From: Vicugna vicugna | Lineage: Eukaryota | DNA: 64,000 bases | Direction: 5' to 3' | Assembly (NCBI GenBank): GCA_013265495.1 | Contig: MU057651.1 | Location: 1,499,674 to 1,563,673 of the forward strand | Part shown: piece after piece, positions 1 to 15,010 of the stretch | How the letters are laid out: each line of letters starts with the position of its first letter | Position numbering within the stretch: position 1 is the first letter of the stretch | The notes under the pieces: generated by a model | What the model was told of the DNA's origin: nothing | What the model saw: only the letters and a program-made list of their open reading frames with translations | Databases searched by the model: none | Position numbers and translations under genes: made by a program

Positions 1-1001
1 TAGTCTTCAAAGTGAGAGAGGTTTACCATATCCTGGAGACACTGGAAGAATTGTCTTTTTTTTTTTCTTTCCTTTTTTTGTCCATTTGCTGACATGTCAG
101 GCAAGGCACTGGTCTTTTAACCTGACTTTCTCCTCGGAGCTCTGGAACAGCCCTCTCTCCTCCAATAATTTCTTAACCCTGGGAACAGGCGGCACTTGAG
201 AAAGTTGCACTCCCCTCAGTCAAAAGAAATCAACGCAAGAATAAAAACTAAATCCACGCACCTGTCTCTGCCCACCCACAAACCACTCCTTTCATGCTTC
301 TGTCATGTACTCACTGGTTTCCTAGGCTACCGATCTCAAGAGAGTTGGCATCACAGAGCCAGCCCATTGATGAAGAGCAGCAATAATTAAGCCCAGAGGC
401 CCCCAGAAAGCCAAGCTTCCTACCAATGACAGCCATCCTCCAAATTCTTCAGAAAGGCCTGGGTGATTTAAGGTAACTTTCAAATTCCCCACAAAGCTGT
501 CCTTAGGCCTCAAACAGCTAAGCAACCCTGCCCTGTGGAGATTACACGGGTGCCAACTTCATGGAACCAGTATTTGCCTACTACATGAAACTAAGATGCC
601 AAGGAAGCTTCTCTTGGGTGAGATTCTTAAAGCTGCCTTCCTGGACCTAATCCCTATCATCTTATCCCAGCATCAGGCACCAAAGCTCGCAGCAGAAGCA
701 ATAATGATAATGATGCTCATTATCATCATCACACATCACAGCAAAAATGAATGAATGTTTACTATGTGCCAGATATTATCTTAAGTGCTTTATTAGCATT
801 TTCTCCCTTTTTTTTCTCATTTAATCATTACAAAAGCCCTGCAGGATAGGTATAATAATTATTCCATTTTACAAATGTGGAAACTAGGGGCCAGAGTTTG
901 GTTAAGTAACTTGCCCAGGGCTACACAGCTAGTGGTAGGATGTGAACCTACCTGGATCTGCTTTTATCCAGTATGCCTTGAAATACATACTACTACTACG
1001 A

Positions 1002-1351
1002 CAGTTGCCCCTCAGTATCCATGGGGGATTGGTTCCAGGACGCCCCACAGATACCAAAATCGATGGATGCTCAAGTCCCTTCTATAAAATAGTGTGGTAT
1101 TTGCATGTGACCTAAGCACATGCTCTTGAATACTTTAAATCGTCTCTAGATTATTTATAATACCTAATACAATGCAAATGCTATGTAAATAGTCAGAAAT
1201 ACAACGTAAATGCGACATAGCTACTTGCCAGTGTACAGCAAATTCAAGTTTTGCACTTTCAAACTTTCTGGAATTTTTTCTTTCCCAAATTTTTGATCCA
1301 TGGTTGGTTGAATCCACTGAAGTAGAGCCCACAGTTACAGAGGTCCGACTG
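1002..1351 (+). mobile_element. MER2-like (Tigger-family) non-autonomous DNA transposon
   Basis: cagttgcccctcagtatccatgggggattggttccaggac ... gaggtccgactg termini resemble the MER2 consensus. Confidence 0.8.
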
Positions 1352-2977
1352 TGCTGTGAAAAACTGCTAACATTTATTGAATGCTGACAATGACCCAGAA
1401 CTTCTGCTAAATTAGGCTTGCTTTAAATTATTTAATTTAATCCCTACAATTGTCCCATTAGGTAGGTACTATTATTCCCATTTTACAGAGGAGTGAAACT
1501 GAAGTTCATAGCAGTTAAGTAACATGCCTAGGGTCAGATGGTGATGGAGCTCAGAAAATGCGGTCCAAAATTCAATCCACTAAGCTGAACTTGCATTAGG
1601 AAAAGGAGGCATTTCTATTGCCCTACTTAACTCAGCTGGGTTCCCTGCTGTGTCCCAATCCAAACCCACAGGGTCCCAGGGAGAATTGCGCAAGTAAATG
1701 CCAATGAGGAAGCCTGTCTAGCGGATGAATCTGGGTAAAGAGGACCAAGACTCTTTCTAGAAGTCTCTCCTAGCCATTTTTCCCTCAACCTGATTTCTGA
1801 AGAAAGCACCTCACGTCCAGCAGCCTCTGCTAATACTCTGCCCAGAACATCTAATAAGTGTTTACCCAGGGCTCCCAGAGCCGTAGTTAAGGGCCTTAAT
1901 GTGCAATCTGGCTCTGCGCCTTATTTAATCAGCACCTGAATGAAATGTCTCTTTGCTAGCAACAGCCTGAGCACAGGCAGAGTCTCTCTGCAAACACAGC
2001 TGGTCGATTGGCAAAGGTGATTCAATTCACAGGCAAAATACACCCTGAGTTTATACCACCACTGATGTGTGGAGATGGGGAGACTAGGGGCATCGGGATG
2101 GAATTAGAATGAGCTCATGCTTCCTTTCTCCTTTAGATAAATCTCACCTCTCCCTCTTCTACCCACCTAAACAGCTGCCCACAGGACATGGCTTGGACTG
2201 TTTCTGCCGGGTGGGCCAATCCTCTCTAACCTCCTGTCTCCTGCCATCTTGTCCCTTTCCTCAGAACCACCAGGCCCAGGACGAGACATCCTACCCTTCT
2301 TCCCTCTGGCATTTCCTCCAGCAGGTCCTATGAAGGCACCACGGCCAAGGGAGCGATTCCCCCAACCCTCCCCTTCGGGATCTCGGGCCGGCAACAGGTC
2401 TGAGTCCCATGACACACCACACACTGACCGAGCGTGAGCCATGCCCTGTTCAGCTGGCAGCTCTTTCCCAGGGAAAAAGCCGAGTCAACAGAGAGGACAG
2501 TGTCCAGAAGAGGAGGGGTCCACCCCGAGCCTTCGGATGTCACTGCTGCATCCAAGGACCTTGGGGGGAGACTCTCCCTGGGGGTCTGCAAGCAGGGTAG
2601 CAAGACACTGACAACCCCAGTTCTCTGGGCAGGTGTGTGTGAGCAGGAGGGAGTCCAAAACCTGGCTAAGGAACATGGGAAAGGCCACCTGCTCAAAAAC
2701 ATTGCGATACACCCCACCAATCAGAGAGCAAGTAAGGGTTACAAGGCCCTTTTACAAATTCCTGCCCTCCTCTACCCCAGTTGAGTCTGAGCCATTCACA
2801 CTTCAGTGTGAACCTCCTAAATGGAATTGCTTTCTTCCTGATCTCCTCGAGAATATGGCCTGGGGTACACTGGAAAGAAGCAAACCGGGATGGGGTGGGT
2901 CAGAGGAGAGACTTGGAAGCAGGGAAAAAGGAAGGAAAGAGAAAGGTAGAAGGACAGCATCCCACTTCACCAGTTCT

Positions 2978-3085
2978 ATAGAGTATGAAAGTGAATATAT
3001 GTGGTTAATGTGCGGCTGAGGCATTGGGCTGTACACCAGAAACTGACACATTGCAAACTGACTACCTCGATTAAAAAAAAAAAAA
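2978..3085 (+). mobile_element. Short L1 3'-tail insertion
   Basis: gctgtacaccagaaactgacacattgcaaactgactac plus poly(A), flanked by TSD ca(c/t)ttcaccagttct. Confidence 0.85.
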
Positions 3086-4382
3086 CATTTCACCAGTTCT
3101 GCTGCGGACTTCAGTGGGGGCAGCAATCATCCTAAGAGCACTAAAAACCATCTTCCGGTGGCAAGTGGGATGCCTGCTATCTCATTTCCTGTATTTAATG
3201 TCTGCTCGCTCTCATCAGTATCCTGTGTGTCTGTTCCTGATAGTGTGGGCCCTCCTCGGGACAGCACAGAGAACATGATTCTCTGTCTCACAAGACCCCC
3301 ATCAATGATTCATGGGCAAATGAAGCTGTCTTATCAACAGGCCAGTGTCGAGGGAGAAATATGAAAAAATTCCTGACCCCGATGATAATACACGAATCAC
3401 TCCAGGTAATAGCTGGGATGCTTTCCTGTGAAAGAGGAAGCAATTCTGTGCTTTCGCATGTATTGTTTCCTATGCCCAGAATCCCCTTTCTTCCTGCAAT
3501 ACCCAGCAAACCCCTACTCGTTTGTACAGACGGGTTCATTGAGCACCTACTCTGAGGCAGGCCCTGTTAGAGGCACTAGAATAGAAAACAAGACAAACAA
3601 GGGCCCCTGCTCTCAAAGATCTAACACGTGTCCTTCGTGAGTCCAATGTCACCTCTTTTAGGAAGCTTTCCTTCATTGCACTAGGGAAAAAAGAAAAAAC
3701 AGACCCGCTGTCCTCTCTGCTTTGTTCAAATTTGTTACCATACATGTCATGTTGTAATTTAGTTGATCTTTCTTCTTGCCTGTCTCACTCAACTGTGAGC
3801 AATAGGAGGGCAAAAATGTTTCTTACTTATCTTTGAATCTCCAGTGCCTGGCATAACGTTTGATGTACAGTAGGCTTTGGATAAATGTTTGCTGAATGGA
3901 TGCAAGAATGAATACATTCCTGTGACCATATAAAATAAGAGTCCTGCAAACAGAGAGTTAGCATGCAATAACTCTGTGTCGAGACTTCCTTCCATTAGTT
4001 TCCAAAGATCTCAGAGACTGGAAGCATGGGAAGGGAGTGCAGAACTACTGGAAGGTGATGAAGGACACCTGGCCGAAATCCCCCACTGACACAACTCCTA
4101 GGCACCCAACAAGCCACTGGAACTCTAAAGCTACCTTCAAGTCCACCTCACAATAGCTCGGGGCCCTCAACCTTCAACTTCAGCCACATTATCTAACACT
4201 GACATAAACACTGAGGCGCTGCCAGAAGACTAAATGCCCTGCCCACAGGCCACCCAGAATCACGCCAGTCAGGAACCAACTTCCTGCTTCACACATCAGC
4301 CATGAGAAATGACTCTCGAAGTGGGGTCTAATGCTCACTGGCATCAGAGTCACTTGGGAGCTTATAATAAATGCAGATTCCT

Positions 4383-4508
4383 GGGAGGGTGGGTATAGGT
4401 CAGTGGTAAAGTCCATGCTTAGCATGCACTAGGTCCTGGGTTCAATCCCCAGTACTGCCATCAAAAAATAAATACATAAACCTAATTACCTACCCCCCAC
4501 CAAAAAAA
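4383..4508 (+). mobile_element. Camelid tRNA-derived SINE (vic-1 type) inserted in a MER5-like element
   Basis: gggtataggtcagtggtaaagt...gtcctgggttcaatccccag (A/B boxes), cctaattacc tail, TSD aaatgcagattc. Confidence 0.85.
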
Positions 4509-7500
4509 TGCAGATTCTTGACCTCACCCTATAGACCCTACACTTACTCAGACTCCCTGAATAGAGAGCCAGGCATCTGCATTAGAACAAGCTTCCAAGG
4601 GAATCTTTCACAAAGAAAGCTGGAGAATCTCTGCGCTGCACAGCCAGGGTCTCTTCAGGTCCCCTCAGCCAGTTACTCACAGAAGGCGCTCTCAGTTTAA
4701 CAAAAGACCATGGACGTGCTAATAACTCGATGGGGGTGGGGGAGTCCTTTCACAATGTATGCATACATCAAATCATCACGTTGTGCACTTTTAATATCTT
4801 ACAATTTTCTTTGTCAATCATACCTCACAAAGCTGAAAAAAAGTTTGAAAAGAAAAAAAAAGGTATGAAAGACCAGAAGTTGAGAAGCCTTGCAGAGGGT
4901 ATTTCAATGAGGTAGGGTGACAATGAGCTACCCATTGAAAAATACAAAAGGGGAGAAAGAGATGGAAAGTGAGTCACCAGCCTAATATTTTTTAATGTGT
5001 CTGATATTAAAGAAGGAAAAGAAGAAAGTAGACATTTCCAGATGTCTAACGGAGGAATTTAAGATCAACATCCAACAGTATAATTTCCTCATTGCAACGA
5101 AAGCGAGCAGATACTTTGGGCAGAGTGGGCTGTTCTTCCTAATAACCAGCTCTTTGTGATGGAAATTCAACAAAAAGATGTGTGAGCTGGAGGCGAAACC
5201 ACCTCTCTCCTCTGGCTATTTCAAAAAACAGACAGGAGGTTCTCTTAATAGGCACAAGAGACCTAGGAAAGGCGCCCACTAGACCTCAAGGGAACACAGG
5301 CAGAAACACCAGAGGGGATAAGGGGAAGAAAAAAGTCAGCTGTCAGTCAGTCAGAAAGTATTATCCAGGTGCACATTAAAGAATGAATGTGCATGTACGG
5401 TATTGTATTAAGCTCTGCAAGGAGTTACAGAGGGGAAAAAAAACTACTTCTTTCCTTAAAGAAAAGTGTTCACACTGATGATGAAGAATGAACAAACATG
5501 CAAAAACAAGCAACGCAGTCAAACACAGAACTACCTATATGTATACAAAGGTATCAGTTAAACTACCAGAATAGTCCGAGGAACGTTCAGAGGGTCAGGA
5601 AAGGAGAACAAAAGGCATTACTGGAATGAGTAGAATAACTGGGGAGTCAAGTCAAGGTCATCCGGAAAGTTTCACAGAGGAGAATCTTCAGGAAGATCTA
5701 CAGAGGGGAAGAACCCTTGACAAATCCTACGAAGACGGCAATGAAGGAGGCACATCCATGGCAAAGAGACAAAAATCCAGGGAGCCTGTGGATCACCCCC
5801 TGAGTAGGAGCCAGCCACATACTGTTCCTTAATAGCAAGCTCCATGCTGGGTTGTATTAACAGGTGCTCGGGAGGAAAGGCTGGGAAGGAAATCTTTCCT
5901 CTCTGCTAGGGGTGGGCTGTACCTCTAAGAGTCCCAGAGTGCAGGTTTATAGGCTGTGCATGAGACGGGTATGTAGGCACAGGCGTGGAGCCAGAGAAAA
6001 GCAACAGAAATGATTAGAGGAATGGACTCTAACAGCTATCGAGAAAGGTGAAAAGGAGTTGAGGTTTGCCAGTTTCTGAGTTAGAGGTAAAAATCTCTTG
6101 GCCATCTGCCAGCTCTGATCAGCTGTGCCCAGCTTCTCTGTTTAAGTGACCACAGAGTTATGCAGAAGATTAAAATGCTTTGTTTCCATGTGGCCCATTT
6201 CAGAGAGAGGATGGAGACAGGAAAAGGTTAAATAATTTGCTCAGGTTCCCTAGCAAAACTGGCATCATAATTTTAAATCCCAGGGCTCTCTGTGGGTTGT
6301 TTAATCCACCCATCCACACCACTTCTCTTTATAATGGATGCCCTCAAAAGACTGTAACAGTGAAAGATGGGAAAATTCTCTGCAAATGTCCTTGGGTGGG
6401 GGAATAAAACAAACTAAAAAGGGATGTCATGCCTCACTGCTGAGGCCCATATAAACATCATCCCCTTTGACCCCGCGGACTGATGACATAGGACACTGTC
6501 CATCTGATAAGCTGTCAGCAGATGGCTGGATCCCTCATTGTACCCATTACTCACCAACGTCAACCACAAGCAGGAGCAGTTATCAGTGCTCCAGACAACA
6601 GATGGGAATGAGGAGGTGTGGTTGGTCTGAAGTCAAGGAGGCGGGGGACAAAAAGCCTAGTTCTCAAATCTATCAGGTTTTCTCTAAAACAAATTCACCA
6701 CAGAGCAAACAGAACAGATCAGTGTTCCAAAAGGTGTCACAAAAAGCTCAGGACCGTTTTAACATGTGCCATGCTACACTTTGAGCAAAGAGGGAAAACA
6801 GAAGAAAATAAACAGGGCCAAAAGCAGGTTAGCCGTATTTGGTGGGAACCAGACTCCTGATATATTGTAAAGAAGATAGAAAAACAAAATAGCAATGGCG
6901 ACTCTCAAAAAGGATGGGGCTCACTCGGTATTACAGGCTAAAAACCAGAGGCCTGGGGCTCCGGAGTCAATAGCATCAATTGCTACTTGTCAAATGCCCA
7001 GCCAGGATCCTGCCTGCCTGATGTGCACAGACGAGGAGGGTTAAACGGCATCTGTTGGGTCCCACTAAGTTCAGCGCCCAATCAGGAGATGTTGGCACAG
7101 ACATATATGGAACCAACCAGAAGTGGACAATTAGACAAGGCGCCCAACATGTGATCTTTTTGTTAAGTTCCTAAGACAGAGACAGTATAACTGAACGCAA
7201 AGGAGATAAAGGCCACTAATTCGAGATCACCAGTCTCTACAGATGCAACCATTCAAACTGTCTGACATTTTAACCCTTCTGCTGAAAAATTGTAGATTTG
7301 GGGACTTAAACAGCTATGAGAATCTCTTCCTGCTAAAGCCCACTGTGGTAGCTTGGTTCTAAAGCCACCTCTGCCACTAACTTGCTGGGTGATTTTTCTG
7401 GTAAACAGCATAGTCACTCAGTAAATTCATTCCCTGTCACCCATACCTGCCAAAATAATTCGAACAAGGGGACTAGCCAGGTTTGAACAAATACTCGTTG

Positions 7501-10500
7501 ATGTCATGTGTAAACACCGCTGATATTCAGCAAGGCGTTTAACAACAGTGTTAATCTTGCTGCTTGCTGATCCCAGAACCCTTAAGCATCACCCGCTTGA
7601 GCTCAGATGTGAGCCAGTGCTGCTTCAATCCTACAAACCTCTATCGGCCCCCAGATGCCAGCACCCTTGAGATACCAGATGAGACCAAAAAGAAACCCAA
7701 CAGCAGGAATATTCATCCAGAACAGAACACAGACACAAGAACTGCCCTACCTTATGCTTCCTTCTAAGGCTGGCCATCACCCAGAGCAGCATGGCTATGA
7801 CAAGGGTCTGTGTAACAAGGCCTTGGGAATAAATCCTTTACAGACTGAAACATGGGAAGTAAGGAGACCAACCAATTTCCCTCCAACTCTTCCACTTCCT
7901 GGCTTAAAGCAATACTGCCTTGTTAGAAACTTAAACTGACTCTGAGGAGCAAGGCCTTTCTATAAAGCCCTAACTGAGTCATCCTGTTGAGAGACAGGCA
8001 TCAGAAATATCTTTGCTAAGCTCCCCCTTTCATTTCGGCTAGTGTCTCCCTTTCCTTATCAGGACCTCTGAACGCCACAGAATTGACTGCCATAACATAG
8101 CCGAACTCAGCTAATTCACTTGCCAAAGCTTTTCTTTGTACTCAACATCCCCTTTGGAATACACACAGTCATGGGAAGCACTTTAATATCTCTTTCTCCA
8201 GGCTCAAGCTTATCGAGCACCACCCTAAATTAACATGATGCATCCAAAGTGTCTTACCAACAGTTAAGGGCCAGATCAATGTAAAGTATCATTACCCATA
8301 CTTGCTATCATTAGTCATTGCTTTAACCAAATCAGAAAATTGTTTCCAACTATCTGTTGTTAAATTTCTTTTAAGAGAACTCACAGTAACTTTTAAAAAT
8401 CCAGACATCCCTGCTTCCCAGGAAAAGCCATAGGTAAGGTATGGAATGTTGGACTCTTCAGAGGCTAGATTCCTCCAGGCCAGAAGTTTCTATTTAAATA
8501 ACATAAAACATTGACTTTGGAGTAAAGGGCAAAGCAGTACAATCGTGCTGGGGCTCAAGAAGTCCTCAGCATGACTCTGTTCTTTGTCCCCACCCTCTAG
8601 CTTCAGTGTTTAAGCTAAGCACAGGACAACAGAAAAAGCACAGGTGACAGGAATCTGACCCTAGTCCCCCAAACACCCAAGGGCCAACATCATGTACCTG
8701 TGTCCCCAAGGGTGCCCTGGTCAGGTTCACTTTACTAGGAAGACACAGGGAGCAAAAGATAATAAACAAGGGTGAAAAGATTAACAAGGTCACCTGACCT
8801 GGACAAGGAAGCCAAAAGCATTTCTAGAATAACTCTCCATGGCATCCCCGGCCACTGCTTATGGAGAAAATCACAGGACACATAGACTGTCAAGAGCTAG
8901 GAATTGCAACTCTGCCCCATTTTGCAGATGGGAAAACTGAGACCCAGGAAAAGTACTTTCCCCAAAGTCATACAACTATTTAAAGCCAGAACGAAGTCTC
9001 TAGAATCTTCTAAAAGCCTCTAAAAAAACCTTTCCACTAAAAACCACGATACTGCCAGCTTTGACATCACACCAGTAGCAGCACCAGTCAGGCTGAAATT
9101 AGTCCTTTGTTGACCTTCCAGATATGTGGTTGTCAGAGGCCTCAAGACCCCTTTGTTGAAGAGGCACCCTCTGACCCTCACCACCTGCCATCCTAAAAAA
9201 GCACTCCTGTCTGAGAGCCTCACACAGCAGTGGCTGAGATGCGTTGTTTCCTTTCATTAACAAAAAGCCCATTCATTAAAAAAAGAAAGAAAGAAGACAG
9301 GCTCAAATTTACACAGAAGGTCTAGCTGGGAGAGCCCTGGGCTTCCTGTGAATGGCATCACTTCCAAAGAAGCCCTCTTTAAAAAAAAAAAAAACTACCC
9401 ACTCCAGTCCTGCTGGATGCTTATAGCCATCCAATCAATAAGAGCTTCTTTATTCCAAAGCTATCCACACCTCCTTGCCACATCTACAAGACTGAAAGGG
9501 GTTTGTGGCCATTCAGCACATTTTACAGATTGGGAGACTGAGGCCAGGAACCTGCCATCAAAGGAGTTCCTCAAACAGAAAGCCAGCAAGTATCTGAGCC
9601 ACAAGTAGGCGGCGCCATGCTGATCCCCGCAGAGACTGCCCTGCCATTCCGCAAACAGCTTGCAACCCCAAAGAGGGTGGGTTAGCTTTCCAACTCAGAC
9701 GCTAATTCATCTTTTGGCTGCAGGCAGGCAACCTCCCATCCCTGGGACCAGCCGGGCCTGTAAAATGGAGATAAGCATCTCAACCTCCTCCCCCACAGGG
9801 TTGTCTCCTGAGAATAACCCACAAATATAAAAGCAATACAGATACTAATGACAAGTTTCAAAACTGTCCCTGAATAAAACACGCCAGGTTTTCCGAAGCC
9901 TGAAACCTAAAAAAGATTTTTCCCCCCTTTCTCCTCTTCCTCCTCCTCCGTGATTTTATAGTTTTAGAACATCTCTCCACACAGGCTGAGTACAGAAAGA
10001 CAGTTTCCCTCTTGGTCCTCACCCAGATTATTTTTATGTATCTGGCAACTTTCCCTTTCAATCTCATTTCTTTTTCTTAGCACCGCTAATGGGACGTAAA
10101 GAAATCAGCTCGCTGGGCAGCCCTGGACCATGACCTCGGGAGACAGAATAAGAGTAGGAAGATGGAGAGGTTCGCAGAAAATAAATACCCTCTCATCATG
10201 GACAGAGAAAGTTCACAAGTCATCCTGGGGTGTGTTTCATAGTGCCACTTAGTAGGAGCTTGATGCTGCTCCAGTACCTCGCAACTCAAAGGCAGACACC
10301 TCAGCCTAAGAGCATAAATTCCCAAATGAAAGAGTCATTAAGAGAAACCTGTAAAAGTATTTCCCCAAAGCAGCACCGTAAAGACCAAGCACCTTATGTG
10401 ACCACCCCCAGGAAAGAATGTCACCAGGCTTCTGGGAAATTAACTGTGGCAGAGTGAATGGAGGGCTGGCCATGGTCCCCAGATTCAGAAAGGGCCACCT

Positions 10501-10719
10501 GGCTGGGGCTGGACTTCCAGCTTGTGAAAGGCCAGGGCAGGTCGGGAGGGGAGGGGCTGCCGGCCTGAGTGCCAGTCTTTCCTAGGGCTCACGTCCACTG
10601 TGGGGCTGACGCACTGTGCCAAGGTAGAAGAAAGCCAAATCTGAAATCCACACAAAAACAGCCACTCGTTGGAAAATCATTTTTAAGGGTCCCACTTCCC
10701 GCAGTGATGAGGTGCTCTA

Positions 10720-11470
<751 letters not shown>

Positions 11471-11803
11471 CTAAAAGGAAGGAGAGGAAAAAAAAAAAAG
11501 GTCTCAAAGAGGCAGTTGCATCGGGAATTACGAAGCGGGGAGGGGTAACTAGCGAGGGAAGAAAAGGGGAACAGGGGCAGTGGCGAAACAAGCAGGGGTC
11601 AGGGGAAGTCGGAGGTCGGGAAGGTCAGGGCGAGGGCCGAGGGAACCCGGCAGCGCGGCGGGAGCGAACCGGGGGGCGACAGCGAGGGAACACGCGGAGG
11701 CCGGGCGGGGAGCTGGCGGGGCCGGGCGGGCGGGGAGGGCGACGGGGCTGGCGGGGACGCCGGATTCCTCGTCTCACGCACTCGCCACAGGGGGATCACT
11801 TAC

Positions 11804-12051
11804 TCCTGCAACCGCGTGGCCGTCTCTGCCCCCAGCGAACAACTTCGCCGCCGACGGGCCCCTCCGAGCCAATTTAGATCCGTCCCGGTCCAGCCTCCCG
11901 CCCCCGGGTACACCCCCGAGCCCCCAGCTCCAGCTCCCGGCCCCAGGCGCCCGCCCTCCGGGCAGCACCTCCCCCAGCCCGCGGCCCGCCCGGGACCTGC
12001 CCCCCTCGCGCGGGCAGCGGCGGGAGGAAGCCGGGAGGGAGGGAGACAGGG
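11804..12051 (-). other. TMEM164: Probable non-coding first exon of TMEM164 (5' boundary unknown, may lie in the N gap)
   Basis: Consensus donor GGA|GTAAGT (GT at 11803-11802) inside the CpG island, ~330 nt upstream of the acceptor at 11471. Confidence 0.55.
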
Positions 12052-12562
12052 NNNNNNNNNNNNNNNNNNNNNNNNNNNNNNNNNNNNNNNNNNNNNNNNN
12101 NNNNNNNNNNNNNNNNNNNNNNNNNNNNNNNNNNNNNNNNNNNNNNNNNNNNNNNNNNNNNNNNNNNNNNNNNNNNNNNNNNNNNNNNNNNNNNNNNNNN
12201 NNNNNNNNNNNNNNNNNNNNNNNNNNNNNNNNNNNNNNNNNNNNNNNNNNNNNNNNNNNNNNNNNNNNNNNNNNNNNNNNNNNNNNNNNNNNNNNNNNNN
12301 NNNNNNNNNNNNNNNNNNNNNNNNNNNNNNNNNNNNNNNNNNNNNNNNNNNNNNNNNNNNNNNNNNNNNNNNNNNNNNNNNNNNNNNNNNNNNNNNNNNN
12401 NNNNNNNNNNNNNNNNNNNNNNNNNNNNNNNNNNNNNNNNNNNNNNNNNNNNNNNNNNNNNNNNNNNNNNNNNNNNNNNNNNNNNNNNNNNNNNNNNNNN
12501 NNNNNNNNNNNNNNNNNNNNNNNNNNNNNNNNNNNNNNNNNNNNNNNNNNNNNNNNNNNNNN
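12052..12562. other. Assembly gap (511 N)
   Basis: Run of N within the GC-rich promoter. Confidence 1.
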
Positions 12563-15010
12563 CTCCTCCCCGGCCTGCCTCCAATTCCGCACTCGCCCAG
12601 CGTGCCCGCGTGCAGAGCCACCTTCCTTCACCACGCTCTACGGGATTTGCCTCCTCCGGGAAGCCGTTTGGACTGACTCCGCCTCCTGCGACCCGGTTCT
12701 CCAGGGCCCTTCTGTGTACACCGAGCACCCAGTAGGCGCTTAGCCGGCCCTCGCTGAGTTCTTGGGGGAATGGACAGGCCCGTCTAGTGATGAGTGGCTG
12801 GGCCAGCTTGGCTTTGGGGGCTTTGCCGGGTATGGCCTTCTACTCTTTGCGTCTCCTCCTGTCCGTCCTGAAACAACCGACTTGTGCCGGGCCAGGCCGG
12901 CGTCTGCTCTCACCTTTCGAGCCACAGCCCTACTCTCCGCTTCAGTCCTGAGGACGAGGCTTCTTTTCCTACTTTGCCCCGCTCTTCCCTCTCCCGCTCT
13001 ACTCCGGTGTTTGTCTCTAGCCTTCGGCCACACGACCCCACCCCTGCCCTCCTGCTCCCCTTTCTCCGGCCACGCCTTCTATCTCCATCGTACTCTAGCT
13101 GGAGGAAAAGAAGCTTCCCCTGACTTCTTTCCCTCCTCCCTCCCTGTGACGGAGCAGCTGTTTCCCAACCTGCACTTGGCCCAGAGTCCTGCCACCGAAA
13201 GGCTAGCCAGGACCCTGTGGATGTGGAGGGGCCCAAGCATTGGATGAGGGCCGCTGATAGAAACAGGGCCCCCTCTCCCCTGCCGCTTTCTACCCAGAGA
13301 CTGGGGTTTGCTTTTCTTTGGGAAGGAAACAGGAAAAAGACTTTCTCAGGCTCCACCTCGTGTTGGTTTAATATTTATTGAAGACTCACAAAGAGGAGAA
13401 TATCCAGAAAACCACAGTTAGGTACCTTGCCTGGGGAACACTTTCTGCTGTTGGCTGTAAGCCAGACTCAAAACATAAAATACAGTCTCCTGTATTATCA
13501 GGCCATTGTCCTATCCTTTCTAAATCTAGTTTTCCCCACAAATATAGCCTCAGTGCCAGGTAGCCTTGTCTGATTCCAAGCTTTGTATGGCATCTACCAA
13601 GGACCTGATGCTCTTAAAGTGCTAATTAATAAAGAACAACAACAAACAAGAATTGATTCGGCTGCTTGCTTATTCAGTTCATTCTCCCTAGGTGTTTTTT
13701 TAAGTCCTCTGCACTGTGACATTAAAGATAAATCTGTGGAACTGCTGGCAATGACTGCAGCATGAGACCTCAAGTTTCTATCTTCTAGGAAGTAAGAATG
13801 AGTGTATAGCACTCAGTAAAAGGCATTATTCATCCATGCCGAACTTCCTGTTGGGAATTTGGCCTAGAGGGTCCTGTGTGTGCAAAACAACTGTTTAGTG
13901 ACTTTAGCCAAGCAGCTTCCTCGCCTGGGGCACAAATTCCTCTTTTTCAAAGGTAGAATAGCCAAGTGTTTTGACACCTGGATTCTAATTCCGTGTATGC
14001 CATTTACTTGCTTTGTCACCTTGGGCAATTTACCTCCCAGTGCCTTCATTTCCATCTATCAACTGAAGGATTATCAATTATCTATTATTTTAGCTCCCAG
14101 GATTATGCACGTTTAAATGAGTTGCATTATGTAGCACATTAGGTAGTATCTGGTGCATAAAACATGCTCAATAAATGTTATCTTCATCCAGTTCTGCACA
14201 CACAGTCGCATTCAGTGCCCTCCTCCACATATGCATAAACAATCCTACCCAGCCTTCAAAGCCCACGTGCGATGGCACTCTCCCCAACCCCCAACCCCAG
14301 CTCCCAGAGCTCTCTCCCTCCTCTGAACTTCACCAGCAGTTACTGCCTGCACTACGCATTTTATTCTGAATCACAGACTGCCTTCCATTGTTCTCTCATT
14401 GTTAGTTCTGTCTCCCACACTCAGATCTTTGACAGCAGGGATGAGTCTTCATCTTTTCTAAACCCCCCTCAGCACCTAGCAGAGTGGCAAACATAGTAGG
14501 CACCAGGCTGATACTGGGAGGGTGTGGTCCCCCTAGGTAAAAGGCAAACCATGATTGAGGTGAAGTGGTGGGTCAGATTTCAGAACCTTAAAAAGCTTCA
14601 GACAAATGTCCTGATCATTTTCTTGCTGGGACACGGGCCAGAGGCTTCTTGTCTCCAAACAGTAACAAGAGCAAATGAACTGGATTTTTTAAGTAAAACC
14701 TTGAAGCACACTGAAAAGGGAATCTAGACCTTGGGGAAAGTCATAGCTCCATGCTTCCATGTACTGAGGTACGATGAGGGGGTGGACTAGAATAGTTTCT
14801 AAGAGTCCCTGATTCTAGGAACTCAGCCTTCCAGCCTTTGATCCAAGTCATGTTTGAATCTCAAGGCAGAAAGCAGATCTAACTGGTTTGGTGATCTGAG
14901 CCTTGTTGAAACAGTACCCTAAATTCTTTTGTCCAAAGTACCTTCCCAGCTATGAACTCAGCTGACTTCCTCCTAAGGGGTGCAAAGATCAGAACTTATC
15001 TCTGTCAGAC

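Noticed and set aside
11580..12743. Long ORFs (273-387 aa) on both strands
   Set aside because: Artefacts of the N gap plus stop-poor GC-rich sequence
12762..13356. 161-aa (+) and 148-aa (-) ORFs upstream of the promoter
   Set aside because: Low-complexity CT-rich island flank; no recognisable protein similarity or splice structure
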